From positions 198,958-262,957 of the forward strand of contig JALOAL010000003.1 in the NCBI GenBank assembly GCA_023228825.1: a DNA stretch of 64,000 nucleotides. Direction: 5' to 3'. Shown here in pieces: positions 47,781 to 56,907 of the stretch (position 1 is its first letter; each line of letters begins with the position of its first letter). A program made the position numbers and the translations under genes. Source of the stretch: Dehalococcoidia bacterium (GTDB lineage: Bacteria; Chloroflexota; Dehalococcoidia; UBA2979). The notes under the pieces were generated by a model, which did no database searches, was not told the DNA's origin, and saw only the letters and a program-made list of their open reading frames with translations.

Positions 47781-48701
47781 TCAGACCTCCAGCACGCCCG
47801 TGGCCACGAGCACGGAGGAGCCGCCCACGCGCACGTGGCCCACAGCCCCCGGGGCGCCCTCCACCTGGATGTGGAGCCAGGACGGGCGGCCCATGGCCGC
47901 GCCCTGCAGGTTCACGATGCCGCGCGCGTCCGCCACGGGCACCAGCCCGTGCTGCACCAGGTAGCCGCCCAGCGGCCCGCAGGCGCCGCCGGTGGCGGGG
48001 TCCTCCATGATGCCGAGCACGGGCGCAAACATGCGGCTGTAGGCGGTGGCCGGCGGGTCGCCCGCCTCCCCGGGGTCGGTCGTGAAGACGTAGTAGTGGT
48101 CCAGGCCGCGCTCGATGGCCAACCGTCGCATCACCTCCAGGTTGGGCGCGGCCCGGTCCACGGCCGCGCGCGAGCGCAGGGGCACGAACAGGAACGCCAC
48201 GCCCGTCGAGACCACCTGTAGCGGCACGTCCGGCGCCAGGTCGGCCGCCTCGAGGCCCACTGCGGCAGCGACCGCCTCGCGCGTGGGTGCGTCCTCGAAC
48301 GTCTCTCCGAAGGCGGGCACGCGCTGGGTCATCCATGCGAAGCCCAGCGCCTCGCCGGCCCACTCCAGGTCCACCGGCGTGGGCCCCACGTTCAGGCCGA
48401 ACGTGAACCGCAAGGTACCCGGCACGATCTCGCCCTCCCGTACCAGCGCGAAGGTGGTGCCAATGGTGGGATGCCCGGCCATCGGCAACTCCTGCGCCGG
48501 GGTGAAGATGCGCATCCGCACGTCTGTGCCGTCCCCCTCTGCCGGGAGGACGAACGTGGTCTCCGAGAACGCCATCTCGGCGGCGATGGTCTGCATCTGG
48601 GCGTCGCTCAGCCCTCGGGCGTCCGGCAGCACCGCCAGTGGGTTGCCCTCGAAACGGGTGTCGGTGAAGACGTCATAGTGCAGGTAGCGGTACTCGGTCA
48701 T
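47781..48701 (-). CDS. PhzF-family isomerase
   Basis: YRYLHYDVFTDTRFEGNPLAVLPDA...FSETTFVLP PhzF signature. About 306 aa. Confidence 0.8.
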   Translation of the reverse strand: MTEYRYLHYDVFTDTRFEGNPLAVLPDARGLSDAQMQTIAAEMAFSETTFVLPAEGDGTDVRMRIFTPAQELPMAGHPTIGTTFALVREGEIVPGTLRFTFGLNVGPTPVDLEWAGEALGFAWMTQRVPAFGETFEDAPTREAVAAAVGLEAADLAPDVPLQVVSTGVAFLFVPLRSRAAVDRAAPNLEVMRRLAIERGLDHYYVFTTDPGEAGDPPATAYSRMFAPVLGIMEDPATGGACGPLGGYLVQHGLVPVADARGIVNLQGAAMGRPSWLHIQVEGAPGAVGHVRVGGSSVLVATGVLEV

Positions 48702-48827
48702 AGCGGCTCCATCACGGCTCGGGGTGAAGCAGGCAGCCTAGAGGCTCGCCCGCCTGACGGCGAGACGGATCCGGACAGGCGAGGGAGGCTAGAATCCCCC
48801 CGTCGAAGGCGCAGGCCCTCGGCTGGA

Positions 48828-50099
48828 ATGGCGCTCATGCTGCTTCGCACCGTCCGGCGCGCGCTCGGCCCCCTCCTGGAGCACGAGCAACTACTGATGA
48901 TCAGCATCTCCACGGTGCTGGTCATGGCCGGCCAGGGTGTGATTTCGCCCGTGCTCCCGCTCTTCGCGGAAGAACTGGGCGTGGGCGCCGCCGTGATCGG
49001 CCTCACGCTCTCCTTCTTCGCCCTGGCGAGGCTCATCCTCAACGTGCCGCTCGGCCTCCTGTCTGACCGCTACGGCCGGCGCGTGCTGCTGGTGAGCGGA
49101 CCGCTGGTCACGTCCCTGGGGATGGTGGGATCCGGGCTGGCGGGGGACATCTACCAGTTGCTCGCGTGGCGGTTCGTGGCCGGTGCGGGCTCCGCGATGT
49201 ACATGACGGGCGCCCAGATCTACCTGGCGGACATCTCCACCGCGGCCACGCGTGCGCGCTTCATGGGCACGAACCAGGGCGCGCTCCTGCTCGGCGTTTC
49301 CATTGGCCCTGCGGTCGGCGGCGCGGTGGCGGAGTTCTGGGGCCTGCGCGCCCCCTTCTACCTGGTGGGTGCGTTCGCCCTCATCGCCACGGTCTACGCC
49401 TACCTCCGCCTGCCGGAGACGCGCCACCTGGCGGAGGCGGCGCCCGCACCCGAGCCTCCGCCGGCGGGCACGAAGGCCCCGAGGCGTGCCTGGGTGACGT
49501 TCGCCCTCTCCCGCGACTTCCTCGCCGTGGCCGCCGTGACGCTGGCCATCTTCTTCACCCGCACGGCGTCCAGGCAGACGATCATGCCGCTGCTGGCCTC
49601 GGCGCGCCTCGGGTTCAGCGCGGGGATGCTGGGCGTGCTGTTCACGGCCATGTCCGTGGTGAACATGCTGCTGATCGCGCCGGCGGCGTTCATCGCGGAC
49701 CGCTACGGTCGCAAGGCGGCCATCGTCCCCAGCGGGCTGGTGACGGCCGCGGCCCTGCTCATCCTTGGTGTCTCCAGCACCACGCTCGTCTTCGTCACAG
49801 GCGCCATGGTGCTGGCGCTGGGTACCTCCATCGCCGGCCCGGCGCCGGCCGCCTACGCGGCGGACATCTCCCCACCTCACCTCCGAGGGCTGGGCATGGG
49901 CATGTACCGTTCCTCCGGCGACATCGGCTTCATGGTGGGGCCGCCGCTGCTGGGGCTGGTGGCGGACGCCACCTCGTACGGATGGGCGCTCGCCGTGAAC
50001 GCGGCGCTGATGGCCGTCGCCGCGCTGTTCTTCCTCACCGCGCGGGAGACCGTCCAGCGCGTCGCACCTGCGCCGTCCAAGGCAGCCGTACGCCAGTAG
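48828..50099 (+). CDS. MFS transporter
   Basis: 12-TM pattern, MFS motif GLLSDRYGRRVLL, second repeat FIADRYGRKAAI. ATG at 48828 chosen; the upstream part of the track ORF overlaps phzF antisense. Confidence 0.75.
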   Translation: MALMLLRTVRRALGPLLEHEQLLMISISTVLVMAGQGVISPVLPLFAEELGVGAAVIGLTLSFFALARLILNVPLGLLSDRYGRRVLLVSGPLVTSLGMVGSGLAGDIYQLLAWRFVAGAGSAMYMTGAQIYLADISTAATRARFMGTNQGALLLGVSIGPAVGGAVAEFWGLRAPFYLVGAFALIATVYAYLRLPETRHLAEAAPAPEPPPAGTKAPRRAWVTFALSRDFLAVAAVTLAIFFTRTASRQTIMPLLASARLGFSAGMLGVLFTAMSVVNMLLIAPAAFIADRYGRKAAIVPSGLVTAAALLILGVSSTTLVFVTGAMVLALGTSIAGPAPAAYAADISPPHLRGLGMGMYRSSGDIGFMVGPPLLGLVADATSYGWALAVNAALMAVAALFFLTARETVQRVAPAPSKAAVRQ

Positions 50100-50148
50100 C
50101 CTCCACACGCCCCCCACCGCTGGGGACGGCATCACCGAGGGGAAAGAC

Positions 50149-50562
50149 ATGCCGAGGGTCACCGAATACCGCATGCGCGTCCGCTCCACGGACATGGACT
50201 CGGACCGCATCGTGAACAACGCGCACTACTTCGAGTACTTCCAGGAGGCGCGCCTGGACCACCTCGCGGCGATCCGGGTGACCGGGCAGCCTCGGAAGCC
50301 CGGCGACGGTGGCCGCACGTTCACGCTGGCGGAGACCACCTGCACGTACCGCAGCCCATTGCGCCACCGGGACGACATCGTGGTGCGCGCATGGACGAAG
50401 GAGGTGCGCAACCGCAGTTTCGTGCTGGGCTACGAGATCGTGCGCCAGGACTCGGGCGCACTGGTGGCGGAAGGCTCCTCCGCCCAGGTCTGGCTCGACG
50501 CTGAGGGCGCTCCCACGCCTCTGCCAGACGCCGTCCGCCAGGCGCTGCAGGACTCGCTCTAG
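50149..50562 (+). CDS. acyl-CoA thioesterase (4HBT/YbgC-like hotdog)
   Basis: Hotdog thioesterase pattern (VRSTDMDSDRIVNNAHYFEYFQEARLDHL). Confidence 0.7.
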   Translation: MPRVTEYRMRVRSTDMDSDRIVNNAHYFEYFQEARLDHLAAIRVTGQPRKPGDGGRTFTLAETTCTYRSPLRHRDDIVVRAWTKEVRNRSFVLGYEIVRQDSGALVAEGSSAQVWLDAEGAPTPLPDAVRQALQDSL

Positions 50563-50569
50563 CCCGTCC

Positions 50570-51073
50570 CTATCGCGGGATCGCGTCCCAGCCCAGCGCC
50601 GAGGCCACCCGCGCTTCCTCGTCCGGGGGGAGGCGGAGGAAGAGCGCACTCGCCTCGGCCAGGCGCTGGCCCTCGGCGTCTTCCACGTGCGCCTCCACCT
50701 CCAGGCGGCGGCCACGCTCCGTGGTGACGGCGGCGCGGATCAGCAGGTCGCCCGTGGAGGGGACGGGACGGCGATAGCGCGTCTCCATGCGGGCGGTGAC
50801 ACCCAGCGCACGCGACCTGGACCACATGGCCCACGCCATCGACTCGTCCATCAGCGTGACCAGGACGCCGCCGTGCAGGACGCCCGGGAAGCCCTGGTCC
50901 GCCTCGCGCGGACGGTAGCGACAGAGGATGGCGCCGGAGTCCGGCGTCGCATCCGGGTCGCGCTCGAAGCGCATGTGCAGGCCGTGGGCGTTGCGATCGC
51001 CGCAGGCGAAGCAGACCTGGTCGTACTGGCGCGGATCGAAGTGCGGATCGGCGGGGCGGCCAGGGGCGTCCAT
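50570..51073 (-). CDS. PaaI-type thioesterase-like hotdog protein with N-terminal Cys pair
   Basis: VLHGGVLVTLMDESMAWA hotdog core. N-terminal CFACGDRNAHGLHMRF zinc-ribbon-like segment. Confidence 0.65.
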   Translation of the reverse strand: MDAPGRPADPHFDPRQYDQVCFACGDRNAHGLHMRFERDPDATPDSGAILCRYRPREADQGFPGVLHGGVLVTLMDESMAWAMWSRSRALGVTARMETRYRRPVPSTGDLLIRAAVTTERGRRLEVEAHVEDAEGQRLAEASALFLRLPPDEEARVASALGWDAIPR

Positions 51074-51077
51074 CCGG

Positions 51078-51479
51078 CTACCGGTAGCGGACGCTGGCCG
51101 TGCCGGTCAGCAGCACCTCGCCGCCCTCGTCCGTGCAGGTGACCTCGTAGGTGGCGAGGCCGTCCGCGTCCTTCCGCAGGTCTGCCCGCGCGATGACGGT
51201 GACGGGGGTGAGCGCGGGCGAACGCCAACGCACCTTGAGCGTGCCGGTCTCCGCCCACGTCAGCCCGAACCCCTGCGTCAGCGCGTCCGCCACAAGGCCC
51301 AGCACCAGCATGCCGTGGGCCACGGGCTGCCCGAAGGGCCCGGCGTACGCCTCCGGCGTCTCGCGGTGGATCGGGTTCGGGTCGCGCGCGGCCTCGGCGT
51401 AGCGGTCCACACGGGGCTGGTCGATGAGGCGCGTGACCGTGAGGGTCTGCGGAGCCTGTGCAATCTGCGATGCCATCAC
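51078..51479 (-). CDS. MaoC-like dehydratase (hotdog), HadB/HadC-like catalytic partner
   Basis: DPNPIHRETPEAYAGPFGQPVAHGMLVLG catalytic hotdog motif. Start overlaps the stop of the upstream hotdog gene (GTGATG). Confidence 0.7.
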   Translation of the reverse strand: MMASQIAQAPQTLTVTRLIDQPRVDRYAEAARDPNPIHRETPEAYAGPFGQPVAHGMLVLGLVADALTQGFGLTWAETGTLKVRWRSPALTPVTVIARADLRKDADGLATYEVTCTDEGGEVLLTGTASVRYR

Positions 51480-51886
51480 GCGGTCACCCCATCCGGCAGC
51501 ACCATCACGGAGATCTTCATCGTGGTGATCGGCGCCCCGCCCGCGTCCGTCAGGTTCGCCTCGAACGCCGCGATGACGGCGCCACGACGCTCCGAGAGCG
51601 CGCTGACGCGCATCTCCAGTTCCATGGGCTCGTCAATCCGCGCGGCGCGGTGGGACTCGTGCTCCTGGCCCGTGTGCATCACCCCCTTGGGGATGGCCAC
51701 CGTGCTGAGGAGCATCGCAATGGCGATGGCGTCAATGAAGATCGGCGGGACGTGCTCCGCCCAGACCTCCGGGGACTCGCCGGTGGAGTCCAGGTAGGCC
51801 TGCACTTCTGCGGCGCTCACCGTCAGCGGGAAGCGCGCGAACGCCTGGCCCTTGACCAGGTCCGCGAACTGCAGCGAGTGGGTCAT
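51476..51886 (-). CDS. hotdog-fold protein (HadA-like non-catalytic partner of MaoC dehydratase)
   Basis: About 136 aa hotdog-like. ATG at 51886 supported because the upstream extension is Arg/Gly junk. 4-bp overlaps with both neighbours. Confidence 0.55.
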   Translation of the reverse strand: MTHSLQFADLVKGQAFARFPLTVSAAEVQAYLDSTGESPEVWAEHVPPIFIDAIAIAMLLSTVAIPKGVMHTGQEHESHRAARIDEPMELEMRVSALSERRGAVIAAFEANLTDAGGAPITTMKISVMVLPDGVTA

Positions 51887-52311
51887 CCGCCCTGGTCTTC
51901 CCCGGTGGCGGCGGACCCGGCGGCGATCGGTCGCCTGCGGGACGCCGAGGTGGACACGGCGTCGCAGTCCTCGGGACGGCGGTCGGCCAGGTGTTCTCGC
52001 CCCCAGGCGGCGAGCGGGCTCATGGCGCGCGCGAGGTCCAGGCCACGGTCCGTCAGTTCGTACTCCACCCAGGGGGGATTCGCCGAGACGATCTCGCGAC
52101 GCACCACGCCCAGATCTTCCAGGTCCTTCAGACGGTCTCGCAACGTCCGCGAGTTGCAGCCCCCCACGGTGGTGCTCAGGTCGTTGAAACGTCGCTTGCC
52201 GCTGGCCAGTTCGTAGACGATGCGCGCCACCCATTTCTGCCCCACCAGGGCCAGCGTGGCGCGGACAGGGCAGTATTGGCCGTCTACGGTCCGGGTCAGT
52301 TTCTCGTCCAT
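51883..52311 (-). CDS. HxlR-family winged-helix transcriptional regulator
   Basis: CPVRATLALVGQKWVARIVYELASGKRRFNDL...CNSRTLRDRLKDLEDLGVVRR HxlR/DUF24 signature. Confidence 0.7.
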   Translation of the reverse strand: MDEKLTRTVDGQYCPVRATLALVGQKWVARIVYELASGKRRFNDLSTTVGGCNSRTLRDRLKDLEDLGVVRREIVSANPPWVEYELTDRGLDLARAMSPLAAWGREHLADRRPEDCDAVSTSASRRRPIAAGSAATGEDQGG

Positions 52312-52410
52312 GTCAGGCCTCTGGCCTCCGCGCACAACGTAGCGCGGCGCTCGCCGGGGTGCCACCGGCTGAGCGCCGCGAATCGTGAGGCCAGGCCCGG
52401 AGGCCAGCCG

Positions 52411-52857
52411 TCAGGCCGCGATGTGCTTCTCCACCTCGGAGTGGTCACGCGCGTCCGGGATAGCGTTGTGGATGGCGTAGGCGATCTTGCCCTCGCGGTC
52501 CACGACGAAGGTGGCGCGCTCTGCAGCGGCGGCGGCCTCGTTCCAGACGCCGTACCTGGAGGCCACTTCGCCCTTCATGTCCGCCAGCAGTTCGTGCGTG
52601 AAGCCCTCCTTCTCCTTGAAGGCCGCGTGGGTGAAGCGGCTGTCCCGGCTGATGCCGTAGACCCTGGCGCCGCGCTCCTGCCAGGAGCCGTAGTTGTCCC
52701 GGATCTCGCACATCTCGCCGGTGCAGATGCCGGAGAAGTCAAAGGGGTAGAAGACCAGCACCACGGGGGTGCCTCGCAACTCGGAGAGTGTGACCTTCTC
52801 GTTCTGCTCGTTCACGAGCGTGAAGTCCGGAGCCTCCTGGCCCACCTCGATCGCCAT
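52411..52857 (-). CDS. bcp: peroxiredoxin (Bcp/AhpC-TSA family)
   Basis: VLVFYPFDFSGICTGEMC with peroxidatic Cys. Confidence 0.85.
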   Translation of the reverse strand: MAIEVGQEAPDFTLVNEQNEKVTLSELRGTPVVLVFYPFDFSGICTGEMCEIRDNYGSWQERGARVYGISRDSRFTHAAFKEKEGFTHELLADMKGEVASRYGVWNEAAAAAERATFVVDREGKIAYAIHNAIPDARDHSEVEKHIAA

Positions 52858-52965
52858 AATGGGCGCCCTTCCTGGTGCGTGGTTATGAGTGAAGCGGCGG
52901 GAATCCCGCGCTAATCGAGTGTACCAGCGCGACGATCCAGCCCCGAGGCGTCCCTCGCGCGGACG

Positions 52966-53805
52966 CTACGGCGTCACGATGTCGATCACGAGACGGGCCG
53001 GATCCGCCAACTCCGTGACACGGAACGGCTGCTCGCCCGTCAGGCCAATGACCCACGTGGACTGGCCCTCGAAACCGCAGATTTCCTCCGTCTCCCGCAC
53101 CACCTGGTAGTCCGTAGTGATCTCCAACGGCTCCACGGTGCCCTGGCCCGTCTCCGGGTTGTAGATGTACGCGAAGGGCAGGTCCACCCGCAGGATCGCC
53201 GCCCCCTCCACCTCCGCAACGAAGCCCGAGCCGCACTCGACCGCCTCGCTCGCCTCGATGTACTCCACGCGGTAGGCAGGCACGCCGTCCGCGAGGACCA
53301 CCGGGCCAGTAGCCTCGTCGCTGAACTCCAGCACAAAGCGGTCAAACCCGACGTGCGAGGCGATGCGGACGTCCGAGATGATCCCCGCGCCCTCCCGGCC
53401 CGTCTCGTCCACGGGCTCTGCGGAGAAGTCCGTGGGGTCCACAGGGGAGGCGCAGCGCACGATAAAGGCCTGCCCGGCGGGGAGGTCCTCCGGGAAGGCG
53501 GCGTTCACGAACGGCGGCGCGTCGGGCACGTAGGTGACGAACGCGCCGGCCACGGTGATCGAGATCGACACCGGTTGGCACGCCTGCTCCTGCAGCGCGC
53601 CCGCCACCTGCGGCGGGGTGGCCGCGGCCGTCACGCGCAGTAGCGCGAGGCCCTCCGCCGGCACCTCGCCACTGACGAGGCCAGGCTCCTGCGCGGAGGC
53701 CGGCCTCGCCGCGATTACGGCGGCGGTGAGCGCCATCGCGAGCATCGCCACGGCCGCCAGCGGCAGGAGCAGCCGCCCGGGCGACTGGATTGCAGGACGC
53801 TTCAT
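52966..53805 (-). CDS. secreted protein A with N-terminal shared domain and C-terminal AMIN-like beta domain (hypothetical)
   Basis: Signal peptide (LAAVAMLAMALTAAVIAARPASAQ) and GGAGGAA SD. Residues about 50-118 are paralogous to the C-terminus of the neighbouring gene. C-terminal FDRFVLEF...RLVIDIV pattern. Confidence 0.6.
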   Translation of the reverse strand: MKRPAIQSPGRLLLPLAAVAMLAMALTAAVIAARPASAQEPGLVSGEVPAEGLALLRVTAAATPPQVAGALQEQACQPVSISITVAGAFVTYVPDAPPFVNAAFPEDLPAGQAFIVRCASPVDPTDFSAEPVDETGREGAGIISDVRIASHVGFDRFVLEFSDEATGPVVLADGVPAYRVEYIEASEAVECGSGFVAEVEGAAILRVDLPFAYIYNPETGQGTVEPLEITTDYQVVRETEEICGFEGQSTWVIGLTGEQPFRVTELADPARLVIDIVTP

Positions 53806-53925
53806 GAGACTTCCTCCATGGCTGAAATCTGCCGGCCCGCGAGATCCTCAAGAGAGGGAAGGCGCGGGGCCTCCCCTCTCTCGTCGTCTGGCGGTTGGCG
53901 CGTCTGCGGCGAGATGACCCGGCGG

Positions 53926-54963
53926 TCAGGCGCACCGGACAATGAAGCCTGCGTCCGCCGGCAGGCTGACCGGGAAGTCGGCGTTGACGAAGGCCGGGGC
54001 GCCCGGGACGTAGACCACGAACTGGCCGGACTCGGTGATGGAGATGCTCACCGGGGCGCAGCCCAGCGCCACCAGGCCCGTCACCATGCTGGCGGGCGTG
54101 GCTACGGCGCTCACCTGCAGCAGCGCCAGTCCGGTGCTGGGCACGTCGCCCACGATCAGCCCGTCCGTGCCGTCGTCATCGTCGTCCTCGGCGGCGGTGG
54201 CGCCGGCGGGCAGAGCGAAGAGCGGGATGTCACCCACGCTCAGGCCGCCCTCGCCAAAGCGCACGTTCGAGGCGTCGTCCGCGGTGTGGTAGCGGTAGAC
54301 GTTGCCGCCCGCGCTCACCCAGACCACGTAGCCCGACGTGACCACCTCCGCGCAGGACTCCGCACCCTGCGCCGCACCGATGCAGGCGTCCTCCCACGTC
54401 ACGTCTTCCACGCGCAGCACCGTCACCGCCGAGGCGGGCACGGCGGCGCGCGTCCCGGCGAGCGTGCTCACTTGCGTGGCGATCGCCGCCGGCAGGGCGT
54501 CCAGGTTGGCCTCAAACAGGGTGGCGCCGCCGGGGAGCGGGTCGGCGGCTGCGTCGGCCACGTCGCTGGCGGCCAGGCGCACGTCCGGGCCCTGGTAGTC
54601 GGTGTGGAAGCGATAGGTCGTCGCGCTCGCAGCACTGGCAGTGGCCCAGACCACGTGACCGCTGACCAGCGCCTGCGTACACGCCGTGCCCTGCGACTCA
54701 ATGCCCAGACAGCCATCCTGCCAGACCACCCGCTCGGCGCGATCGATGGTGACGGCCGTGGTGGCCACGCCCGCCTCGGACGCCACGCGCGCCTTGACGA
54801 TCGTGGCCAGGGCGGCGGGGATGGACTCCTCCGCGCCGGGGGCCGCCTGCGCGCTCGCCTCGGAAGGGGCGAGGGCCACCGCCAGGGCGGCGAGGGCCAC
54901 GAGTGCGGCGGCCAGAGAGAGCCAGGCCCGACGGGCCAGGGCCGGAGTGTGCGGTGAATGCAT
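53926..54963 (-). CDS. secreted protein B with two internal Cys-pair repeats and C-terminal shared domain (hypothetical)
   Basis: Signal peptide LSLAAALVALAALAVALAPSEASAQ. GAAGGAG SD 7 nt before the ATG at 54963 (the GTG at 55005 is less likely). Two ~95-aa repeats with W-x-D-x-C-x-G...C and YR(F/Y)HTD. C-terminal ~65 aa about 60% identical to the protein A N-domain. Confidence 0.6.
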   Translation of the reverse strand: MHSPHTPALARRAWLSLAAALVALAALAVALAPSEASAQAAPGAEESIPAALATIVKARVASEAGVATTAVTIDRAERVVWQDGCLGIESQGTACTQALVSGHVVWATASAASATTYRFHTDYQGPDVRLAASDVADAAADPLPGGATLFEANLDALPAAIATQVSTLAGTRAAVPASAVTVLRVEDVTWEDACIGAAQGAESCAEVVTSGYVVWVSAGGNVYRYHTADDASNVRFGEGGLSVGDIPLFALPAGATAAEDDDDDGTDGLIVGDVPSTGLALLQVSAVATPASMVTGLVALGCAPVSISITESGQFVVYVPGAPAFVNADFPVSLPADAGFIVRCA

Positions 54964-54981
54964 GGTGTCTCCTTCAGCCTC

Positions 54982-54995
54982 GGGGGGGGGGGGGG
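54982..54995. repeat. G14 homopolymer (C14 on the coding strand) in the leader of secreted protein B
   Basis: Directly visible: 14 consecutive G at 54982-54995, located 19-32 nt upstream of the ATG at 54963, between the putative promoter and the SD. Confidence 0.9.
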
Positions 54996-55150
54996 AACAC
55001 CCCACACCCGCCCCTTGGCGCGTGTGCGGAGCGCACTGCGCCGGAGACTAGGAGTTACGCTCTGCCGCCGGCGTTGCGGCGAGTTCTGCCCACCTTGCGC
55101 GCGCCTATCAATGGCAAGCGGACGTGGTGGGCCCGTGGAGGTGACCTGGC

Positions 55151-55183
55151 CCCTACATGGTCCCTACATGGGCCCTACATGAG
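55151..55183. repeat. 11-bp x3 tandem repeat overlapping the gltD-like stop codon
   Basis: ccctacatggt / ccctacatggg / ccctacatgag. On the coding strand each unit contains catgTAG, and the first supplies ...LM-stop. Confidence 0.6.
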
Positions 55184-56827
55184 GGAGGAATCGCCCACGA
55201 GCGGACCGGAGGGATCCGCGGTGGGCGGCATCAGCGTGCGCAGGTACACGTCGATGGCCTCGGCCGCGCGGTGGGCGTCTGCGAGCGCGGTGACCACGAG
55301 GTCCGCGCCGTTCACGTCGTCGCCGCCGGCGAAGACGCCGGTGAGGTTCGTCTCCAGCGTCTCCGGATCCGCCACCAGTCGGTTCCAGCGATCGCGCGTC
55401 ATGTCCGGGACGGTCTGGCCCCACTCCTCGTCCACGTTGTAGCCAATGGCCATGATCAGCACGTCCGCCGGCAGGTCGAACTCGCTGCCCTCGACCGGCC
55501 GAGGCGTGCGGCGGCCGGTGTCGTCCGGCTCGCCCAGTTCCATGCGCACGCAGCGCAGGGCGGACACCCGGCCCTCCGCGTCCACCAGGATCTCCACTGG
55601 ACTGGCCAGGTACTCGAACTGCACGCCTTCCTCGCGCGCGTGGTTGCGCTCCTCCACACGGCCCTGCATCTCCGCTTCCGTGCGGCGGTAGACCAGCGTC
55701 ACGTCCGCGCAGCCCAGGCGGCGCGCGGAACGCACGCAGTCCATGGAGGTGTCGCCCCCGCCCACCACCACCACGTGGCGAGGCGTGCCCAGCGGTTCGC
55801 GGTACTCCTGTGGCAGCGCCTCCGGCGGCAGGTTCGTCCGCACCAGGAACTCGGTGGCGCTGATCACCCCTCGGGCGTCCTCGTGATCCAGGCCCAGTCG
55901 GGCGCCCTCGGACGCGCCGACGCCGACGAAGACGGCGTCGGCGCTGTTGCGCAGGGCGTCCCAGGGGAGGTCTCTGCCCACGGTGGTGTTGCAACGCACC
56001 TGGACGCCCAGGGCCTCCAGTTCCGCGAACTTGCGGTCCACGGCGGCCTTGTTCTGCTTGAAGGTGGGGATGCCGTAGCGCAGCACGCCGCCCGGCTGTG
56101 GCCACGCCTCGTACATGGTGACGGCGTGGCCCCGCAGCGCCAGGCGCTCCGCCACGGCGATGCCGGCCGGGCCGGTCCCCACCACGGCCACGCTGCGCCC
56201 CGTGGGCTCAGCCACCGTCCGAGGCGTCCCGCTGCCGTGCTCGTGCTGCCACTCCGTCACGAACGTCTCGAGTTTGCCGATGGCCACGGGGAGCGCGTTC
56301 TTGCCCACCACGCAATGGCCCTCGCACAGGCGCTCCTGCGGGCAGAGGCGGCCGCACATCTCCGGCAGTTCGCTGGTCTCGCGGAACACGTTGGCCGCGC
56401 CGTCGATGTCGCCGCGTTCCAGCAGCCAGAAGGCGCCGGGGATGTCGTTGTGGACGGGGCACGCCTTCACGCATGGCGCGGCGGGGCACTGGATACACCG
56501 CTCCGCCTCGATGCGGGCCGCGGACTCCGTGTAGAGATGGAAGACCTCGTCCCAGTTGGCGGTGCGCGTCTCCGGGGACTGCTTGTCCGGGCGCACCGGG
56601 GGAATCTGCAGGCGCGCCTTGCGGTCCACGGCCGGACGGTTGCCCGGACGCGACTCCTGTTGCGGTGATTCCTGTTGCGGTGATTCTGGCTCCGCTGGCT
56701 GTGGTTGGGGCACCCCGGCGCGAGCGGCCTCGGGCGTCACGGCCGCCGGCGGGACGGCTTCCTCCGGAGGCTGTGAGGCCGGAGCGACCCCGGCGACTGG
56801 GGTGGCTGGCGCCTGCTCGTTCGGCAT
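55175..56827 (-). CDS. glutamate synthase small-subunit-like NAD(P)H-dependent FAD/Fe-S oxidoreductase (GltD family) with Pro/Gln-rich N-terminal extension
   Basis: CIQCPAAPCVKACP...CGRLCPQERLCEGHC Fe-S motifs, VAVVGTGPAGIA and VVVVGGGDTSMD dinucleotide folds. N-terminal about 100 aa low complexity with ESPQQESPQQ from a 15-bp tandem duplication. Confidence 0.8.
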   Translation of the reverse strand: MPNEQAPATPVAGVAPASQPPEEAVPPAAVTPEAARAGVPQPQPAEPESPQQESPQQESRPGNRPAVDRKARLQIPPVRPDKQSPETRTANWDEVFHLYTESAARIEAERCIQCPAAPCVKACPVHNDIPGAFWLLERGDIDGAANVFRETSELPEMCGRLCPQERLCEGHCVVGKNALPVAIGKLETFVTEWQHEHGSGTPRTVAEPTGRSVAVVGTGPAGIAVAERLALRGHAVTMYEAWPQPGGVLRYGIPTFKQNKAAVDRKFAELEALGVQVRCNTTVGRDLPWDALRNSADAVFVGVGASEGARLGLDHEDARGVISATEFLVRTNLPPEALPQEYREPLGTPRHVVVVGGGDTSMDCVRSARRLGCADVTLVYRRTEAEMQGRVEERNHAREEGVQFEYLASPVEILVDAEGRVSALRCVRMELGEPDDTGRRTPRPVEGSEFDLPADVLIMAIGYNVDEEWGQTVPDMTRDRWNRLVADPETLETNLTGVFAGGDDVNGADLVVTALADAHRAAEAIDVYLRTLMPPTADPSGPLVGDSSLM

Positions 56828-56907
56828 CGTCCCCGCTTCCCGTGCCCGAGATCTAACGCTGAGCGACCGTTCACCTACGCGATGTTCTCAGCCTACCGCA
56901 ATCACGA

